Of a stretch of DNA of 64,000 nt, positions 59,525-64,000 are shown one piece after another. Origin of the DNA: Gemmatimonadales bacterium. Lineage in GTDB: Bacteria; Gemmatimonadota; Gemmatimonadetes; Gemmatimonadales; GWC2-71-9. Location: assembly GCA_041615815.1 (NCBI GenBank), contig JBFJCP010000026.1, positions 8,567 to 72,566 on the forward strand, read 5' to 3'. A program made the translations under genes and the position numbers. The notes under the pieces were generated by a model, which ran no database searches, was not told the DNA's origin, and saw nothing but the letters and a program-made list of their open reading frames with translations. The stretch's first letter is position 1. Each line of letters opens with the position of its first letter.

Positions 59525-61144
59525 CTAGTCGAGCGCCCGGAGGAGCTGCTCCAGCCCCCGGGACACCGGTGATCCGAGATGGACGCGAAGCACGCGCCGC
59601 TCTCGCTGCTGGAGCGCGCGGTAGTCACCCACCGACTGTGCGCGAATGAGCTGGCCGAACGTGTAATCAGTTTCCGGTACAGGAACGTCGTGCGCCGGGT
59701 CGTCCACGAGCTGCAGGAACCGCCCAATATTGGGGCCGCCTTTGTGGAGTTGCCCGGTGGAGTGCAGAAAGCGCGGACCGTATCCCAGCGTGGTTGCGAG
59801 ACGGGTGCGCTCGAGCACGCAGTGGCGGAACTGCTGGAGCAGGGTCGTGGTTCCCCTCGTGGGTGCAAGGTACGCGTGAATGCCGACGTACTCGCCGGGT
59901 CCGGGATCGCGCAACCAGCGGCCCAGAGCGTCGGGTAGCGACTCGGAGTCGGCATTGACGGCTTCGACCTCGTCAGCGTCCGGCGATGCCCCTCCTCTCA
60001 TGGCAGCGCGCGCGAGTTCCTTGGCCAACTGCACGTCCGGCTGATTGAACGGTTGGATTCGCAGAATAGCCCCCGCAGCGGCGACCGCGACCTCCCAGCG
60101 CATCATCTCGGCGCCGAGGTGCTCCCCGCGCCCCATGGCAATGTGTGCGAATGGGTGTCCAGCGCGCCGCAGCGACTGACAGTCGGGGGCTGGCTCACCG
60201 TCGAGGGTGAGACACACGAAGAAGCGGTCGGCTCCATAGTTGGCGGCGTCTGTCATCGGTTCGTTGGCCACGGGCACGATGCCCCGTCCATCTTTCCCGG
60301 TGCTCTCAGCGATGAGCTGCTCGAGCCACGCCGGAAACGCATTGAGCATTTGAGAGGTCAGGAAGGTGACCTTGTCCCTCCCGGCCGCGGCCAGCTCGCC
60401 CAGGGCCGCACCGAGGCGCAGAGCCGCGCGCACGTCATGGGCCATCGGTTTGGCTCCATCGAGGAGCGCTCGAGCATCGAGCCCGATGAGGGCCGCTGGG
60501 ACGAGCCCGAAGGGCGAGAGCGCGGAATATCGGCCGCCCACGTCCACAGGGGCGGTGACCACCTGGCGGAAGCCTCGCTCCCGACCCAGGGCCTCGAGTG
60601 GCGTTCCCGGATCCGTGATCGCCACGAAGTGCTTCCCGGCAGACGTACCCTGGCGTCGCACGCGATCCCAGAACGTCTTGAAAAGCGAAACTGTTTCCAG
60701 GGTAGTGCCGGACTTGCTCGACACGACGAACAACGAGCGGGCAAGCTCGATCTGCTGCTCGGCCGTGCGGACGGCATCGGGATGCGTCGTGTCCAGCACG
60801 GTCAGGCCGGTGGCGTTTCTCTCCCCGCCGGCGACCGCGGCGAACACCTCGGGGGCGAGACTCGATCCGCCCATGCCCAGGAGCACGACGTGCCGGATCC
60901 CGTCTGCCCGTACCTGTTCGGTCAATCGGTGCCAGTCTGAGAGATGGGCGGTCATGGTGTTGGGGAGATCGATCCACCCGAGTCGGTCGGCGAGTTCCGA
61001 GACCGGCTCGGTGGACCAGAGTGCCGGGTCCTTGGCCTTCAGGCGTTCGGCGAAGCCTTGGGCACGCCATGTGGCAAGTCGAGCCTCCACCACATCGGCA
61101 TAGGGCCCCAACGAGAGAGTGGCGGCATTCGCCGTGGCGGTCAT
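59525..61144 (-). CDS. pgi: Glucose-6-phosphate isomerase (type usually seen as the Pgi half of Tal-Pgi fusions)
   Basis: RLGW, LGMGGSSL, SSKSGTT.ET, VGGRYSAL, EQLIAESTGK, PFNQPDV, GPRFLHSTGQLHKGG. Confidence 0.9.
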   Translation of the reverse strand: MTATANAATLSLGPYADVVEARLATWRAQGFAERLKAKDPALWSTEPVSELADRLGWIDLPNTMTAHLSDWHRLTEQVRADGIRHVVLLGMGGSSLAPEVFAAVAGGERNATGLTVLDTTHPDAVRTAEQQIELARSLFVVSSKSGTTLETVSLFKTFWDRVRRQGTSAGKHFVAITDPGTPLEALGRERGFRQVVTAPVDVGGRYSALSPFGLVPAALIGLDARALLDGAKPMAHDVRAALRLGAALGELAAAGRDKVTFLTSQMLNAFPAWLEQLIAESTGKDGRGIVPVANEPMTDAANYGADRFFVCLTLDGEPAPDCQSLRRAGHPFAHIAMGRGEHLGAEMMRWEVAVAAAGAILRIQPFNQPDVQLAKELARAAMRGGASPDADEVEAVNADSESLPDALGRWLRDPGPGEYVGIHAYLAPTRGTTTLLQQFRHCVLERTRLATTLGYGPRFLHSTGQLHKGGPNIGRFLQLVDDPAHDVPVPETDYTFGQLIRAQSVGDYRALQQRERRVLRVHLGSPVSRGLEQLLRALD

Positions 61145-61382
61145 AGATGTCACCCCTTCGTTATCGAGCTCGCAACGCCTCAGCATTGTATCTCACATTG
61201 CGGCGTCGCGGAACGCTCGCACTATACAGTGAAGCACCGCCGAACCGCGAGGGCTCGAGGGGCGACCCCCGTGCCGGGAACCCAGGGTGCTCACAGCCGC
61301 TTACGATGGCAAACATCTCCCACCACGGATCCGCCGCCGTCGTGGCGAGGGAAGGACTCGGCGGCGGGGACCAGGACACCGT

Positions 61383-62774
61383 ATGTCGGACCTTGAGAAG
61401 TACGATGGGATCGTGATCGGGACGGGTCAGGGAGGGAAGCCTCTTGCCGCGGACCTGGCACGCGCAGGGTGGCGGATGGCCATCGTAGAGCGGGAGCACG
61501 TGGGTGGGAGTTGCGTGAACGTGGGGTGTACGCCCACCAAAACAATGGTGGCCAGCGCTCGCGTGGCATACCTGGCACGTCGAGGGAGCGAATACGGGGT
61601 CGTCACCGGGCCCATAACGGTCGACCAAGCCGCGGTGCGGGCCCGGAAGCGGGCCAGAGTGGAAAGCTTCCGCTCCGGAAGCCGTCGCGGGCTGGAGAAG
61701 ATCGATCGGCTCGACCTCATCATGGGGGAGGCCAGCTTCCGGAGCTCGCGCCAGATCGAGGTGCGACTGCAGGATGGTGGCAAGCGCCGTCTCGAGGCAG
61801 AGAAGATTTTTGTCAATACGGGGGCCACGCCGACCATTCCCGATCTTCCAGGGTTGCGCGACGTTGCGTTTCTCGATTCGACGTCCGTCATGGAGGTCGA
61901 GACCGTTCCGGAACATCTCCTGGTACTCGGCGGTGGTTACATCGGGCTGGAATTCGGCCAGATGTTTCGCCGCTTTGGCAGTCGGGTCACCATCGTGCAG
62001 CGCGCCCATCAACTGTTGCATCGGGAAGACGAGGACGTGGCGGAGCAGGTTCGCCAGATCTTGGAGGAAGACGGCATAGAAGTCCTGCTCGACTCCGAGG
62101 CCGTGGCGGTCAAAGCGGCAGCGCCAGGGGTGATCGTGACCATTCGCACTCCGGGCGGTGAGCGGCGCATCCAAGCGACCGATCTCCTCGTGGCGGTGGG
62201 GCGGACCCCGAATACCAAGGCGCTCCGCTTGGAGGCTGCCGGCATCTCACCGGATCGCCGCGGGTTCGTCCCCGTCAACGAGCGACTCGAAACCGACGTT
62301 CCCGGGATCTACGCGCTCGGTGATGTCGTGGGGGGCCCAGCGTTCACGCACATCTCGTATGACGACTACCGCGTGCTCAAGGCGATTCACCTCGGGGGTG
62401 CCGACGCCAGCACAGCGGGCCGGCTCGTGCCGTATACGGTCTTCATCGACCCACAGCTGGGTCGGGTGGGCTGGAGCGAGCGTGAAGCTCGTCAGCGCGG
62501 CCAATCGTACCGCCTCGTGCAGATGCCGATGACGCACGTGGCCCGCGCGCTGGAGATGGATGAGACACGAGGATTCATGAAGGTGCTGATCGCGCCCGAA
62601 TCAGGACGAATTTTGGGCGCGGCGATCCTCGGTATCGAGGGGGGAGAGATCATGTCGATGCTGCAAATCGCCATGATGGGGGATCTACCCTACACGGCTC
62701 TGCGTGACGGGGTGTTCGCACACCCAACGCTCGCGGAGTCACTGAACAACCTCTTCATGCGGGTGGACGACTGA
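61383..62774 (+). CDS. Pyridine nucleotide-disulfide oxidoreductase (mercuric-reductase-like/RclA-like)
   Basis: [42 protein letters not shown]; lacks the MerA C-terminal CC. Confidence 0.9.
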   Translation: MSDLEKYDGIVIGTGQGGKPLAADLARAGWRMAIVEREHVGGSCVNVGCTPTKTMVASARVAYLARRGSEYGVVTGPITVDQAAVRARKRARVESFRSGSRRGLEKIDRLDLIMGEASFRSSRQIEVRLQDGGKRRLEAEKIFVNTGATPTIPDLPGLRDVAFLDSTSVMEVETVPEHLLVLGGGYIGLEFGQMFRRFGSRVTIVQRAHQLLHREDEDVAEQVRQILEEDGIEVLLDSEAVAVKAAAPGVIVTIRTPGGERRIQATDLLVAVGRTPNTKALRLEAAGISPDRRGFVPVNERLETDVPGIYALGDVVGGPAFTHISYDDYRVLKAIHLGGADASTAGRLVPYTVFIDPQLGRVGWSEREARQRGQSYRLVQMPMTHVARALEMDETRGFMKVLIAPESGRILGAAILGIEGGEIMSMLQIAMMGDLPYTALRDGVFAHPTLAESLNNLFMRVDD

Positions 62775-62829
62775 AACAAGGACGGTCGCCGGATCGGAGA
62801 GGCTCCGGGGTTGGCCAGCCGAGGAGCGA

Positions 62830-63438
62830 ATGAGCTATCAGCATCTAGTGGACACCTACGAAACCGAACGCCTCAAGGTGCTCAGTGTGTGGAGCATGTT
62901 CGGGGATGCCGATCTCGGGACGCGTCCGCACCCCTCCGACCGGCGGGGCAGAAGCGTCCGCGAACACATGGTGCACCAATGTGTGAGCGAGGACATCTGG
63001 TTCAGGACCATGCTCGGAGTGGACGTGAGCGCCCCTCCGCTCCCGGACGTGGAAACCCGGCTCGAGTTCATCCGGCGCTACGCGTTGGACTCTGAGCGTC
63101 GGCTCGAGGTGCTCCGCCAAAAGACTATCGCGTGGTGGGAGACGGAAGTGCCCTTTTTCGACGTGACACGGAGCCGGGCGTGGGTCATGACACGCCGCAT
63201 CGTCCATACCGCGCACCATCGCGGTCAGCAGACCACCCTGCTCAGGATCCTCGGACGGGCGGTGTACAGCACCTACGGGCCAACCGCGGACACGGGCGGA
63301 CTGCTGCAGGATCGCGCTCCCACCATCTACCCCTATGGAGGCGCCGGAGAGCTTTTGGCTCGTGAGGGTGATGGGGGCCACAAGGCAGCGTTGCCGGTCC
63401 CCCCGCAACGCCCGCTCACCGAACGCCCACAGGATTAA
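62830..63438 (+). CDS. DinB family protein
   Basis: RSVREHMVH and HTAHHRGQ; GAGGAG RBS. Confidence 0.87.
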   Translation: MSYQHLVDTYETERLKVLSVWSMFGDADLGTRPHPSDRRGRSVREHMVHQCVSEDIWFRTMLGVDVSAPPLPDVETRLEFIRRYALDSERRLEVLRQKTIAWWETEVPFFDVTRSRAWVMTRRIVHTAHHRGQQTTLLRILGRAVYSTYGPTADTGGLLQDRAPTIYPYGGAGELLAREGDGGHKAALPVPPQRPLTERPQD

Positions 63439-63487
63439 GCCCGGGCGTCAAGTCCTGAGCGAACGGTCGGTCTCGAGGAATAAAGCG

Positions 63488-63576
63488 ACGGCGTGGCTGA
63501 GCCGGGAATTCGTGTGGTCCCGCTCGCCCCTCCCTGCGAGATCCCTGCTTGGCAGCAAGGCGCTCAACCACGCCGC
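63488..63576 (-). other. Predicted four-way-junction structured element (candidate ncRNA or palindromic repeat)
   Basis: 15-bp closing stem plus three internal hairpins; three plus-strand A.C mismatches become G.U pairs on the minus strand. Confidence 0.45.
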
Positions 63577-63685
63577 TGCTCGCTGGCAGATGGCAAAGTA
63601 GCCGAACGATCCAGCGCGGTGGTGATCAAGTGGTTCGCATCCGGTACGGAACGCGTCTGCCTCGCGTCAAGAGGCCGTAAACGTG

Positions 63686-64000
63686 TTACGCCTCGAGACG
63701 GTACCCGACCTTGCGCACCGTCAGAATGTGTCTTGGTCGGGACGGGCTCTCTTCGAGCTTGCGTCGCAGCTCGGCGATGTGCATGTCTACGGTACGCGTC
63801 ATCACCGCCGCGCTGTAATCCCACACCTCCTTGAGCAGCTCCAGACGAGAGGCGACGGCACCCCGGCGCTTCAGCAGGGCCTGGAGAAGATCGAACTCCT
63901 TGGGTGTGAGCGACACCTCGTGCCCGTCTCGCTGTACCGTGCGGGACGCGAGGTTCACGTGTATGGCGTCTCCAATCCGCTCTACCGCCGTGTGGGCCCC
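63686..64000 (-). CDS. OmpR/PhoB-type response regulator, C-terminal wHTH (partial, runs off the window)
   Basis: LTPKEFDLL, SR.ELL.EVW, TRTVDMHIAELRRKLE, ILTVRKVGYR; frame open to the window edge. Confidence 0.92.
   Translation of the reverse strand, partial: GAHTAVERIGDAIHVNLASRTVQRDGHEVSLTPKEFDLLQALLKRRGAVASRLELLKEVWDYSAAVMTRTVDMHIAELRRKLEESPSRPRHILTVRKVGYRLEA

Noticed and set aside
61383..62774. Mercury-resistance merA
   Set aside because: No N-terminal NmerA domain, no C-terminal Cys-Cys pair and no mer genes nearby.
63488..63576. tRNA (including tRNA-Sec) or hammerhead ribozyme
   Set aside because: No GTTCRA T-loop, no 7-nt anticodon loop with TCA, no CCA end and no CUGANGA/GAAA core on either strand.
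1..64000. Genome-wide TGA reassignment (Trp/Gly) as the explanation for the in-frame TGAs
   Set aside because: TGA ends many complete genes here (e.g. 614, 2109, 15251, 20113, 25731) and occurs in ATGA/GTGA overlaps. The two internal TGAs sit only at catalytic Cys sites.

Overview
GC-rich bacterial window of densely packed genes, probably Gemmatimonadota. That assignment is inferred from the 'DRY..RELGRGG..ERFLREI' kinase family, a plug-only carboxypeptidase-regulatory protein and many exported hydrolases. No rRNA, tRNA, CRISPR array or transposase was seen. The strongest hidden signal is two genes that the ORF track splits at an in-frame TGA lying exactly at the catalytic Cys position, each followed by a SECIS-like hairpin. 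One is an AhpD/CMD-family protein (33-614, C-H-Y-U). The other is a signal-peptide-bearing peroxiredoxin (22631-23227, T-R-G-U) that converges on a CcdA/TlpA pair, suggesting an exported seleno-peroxiredoxin redox relay. The window also holds a nine-gene MoxR/VWA/DUF58/DUF4159 operon of unknown function (40935-56027), which includes a caspase-like protein with Ser at the Cys site, a TPR-HExxH protease and a (QQG)15 repeat protein. Other content: three Ser/Thr kinases plus a frameshifted remnant, an FHA-protease, a PQQ-GDH/LytS/LytTR operon, the oxidative pentose phosphate operon, several unannotated small proteins and a strand-biased four-way-junction structure at 63488-63576. Start codons were re-picked by eye using RBS, gene overlaps and signal peptides. 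All family calls come from motif recognition, not database searches.
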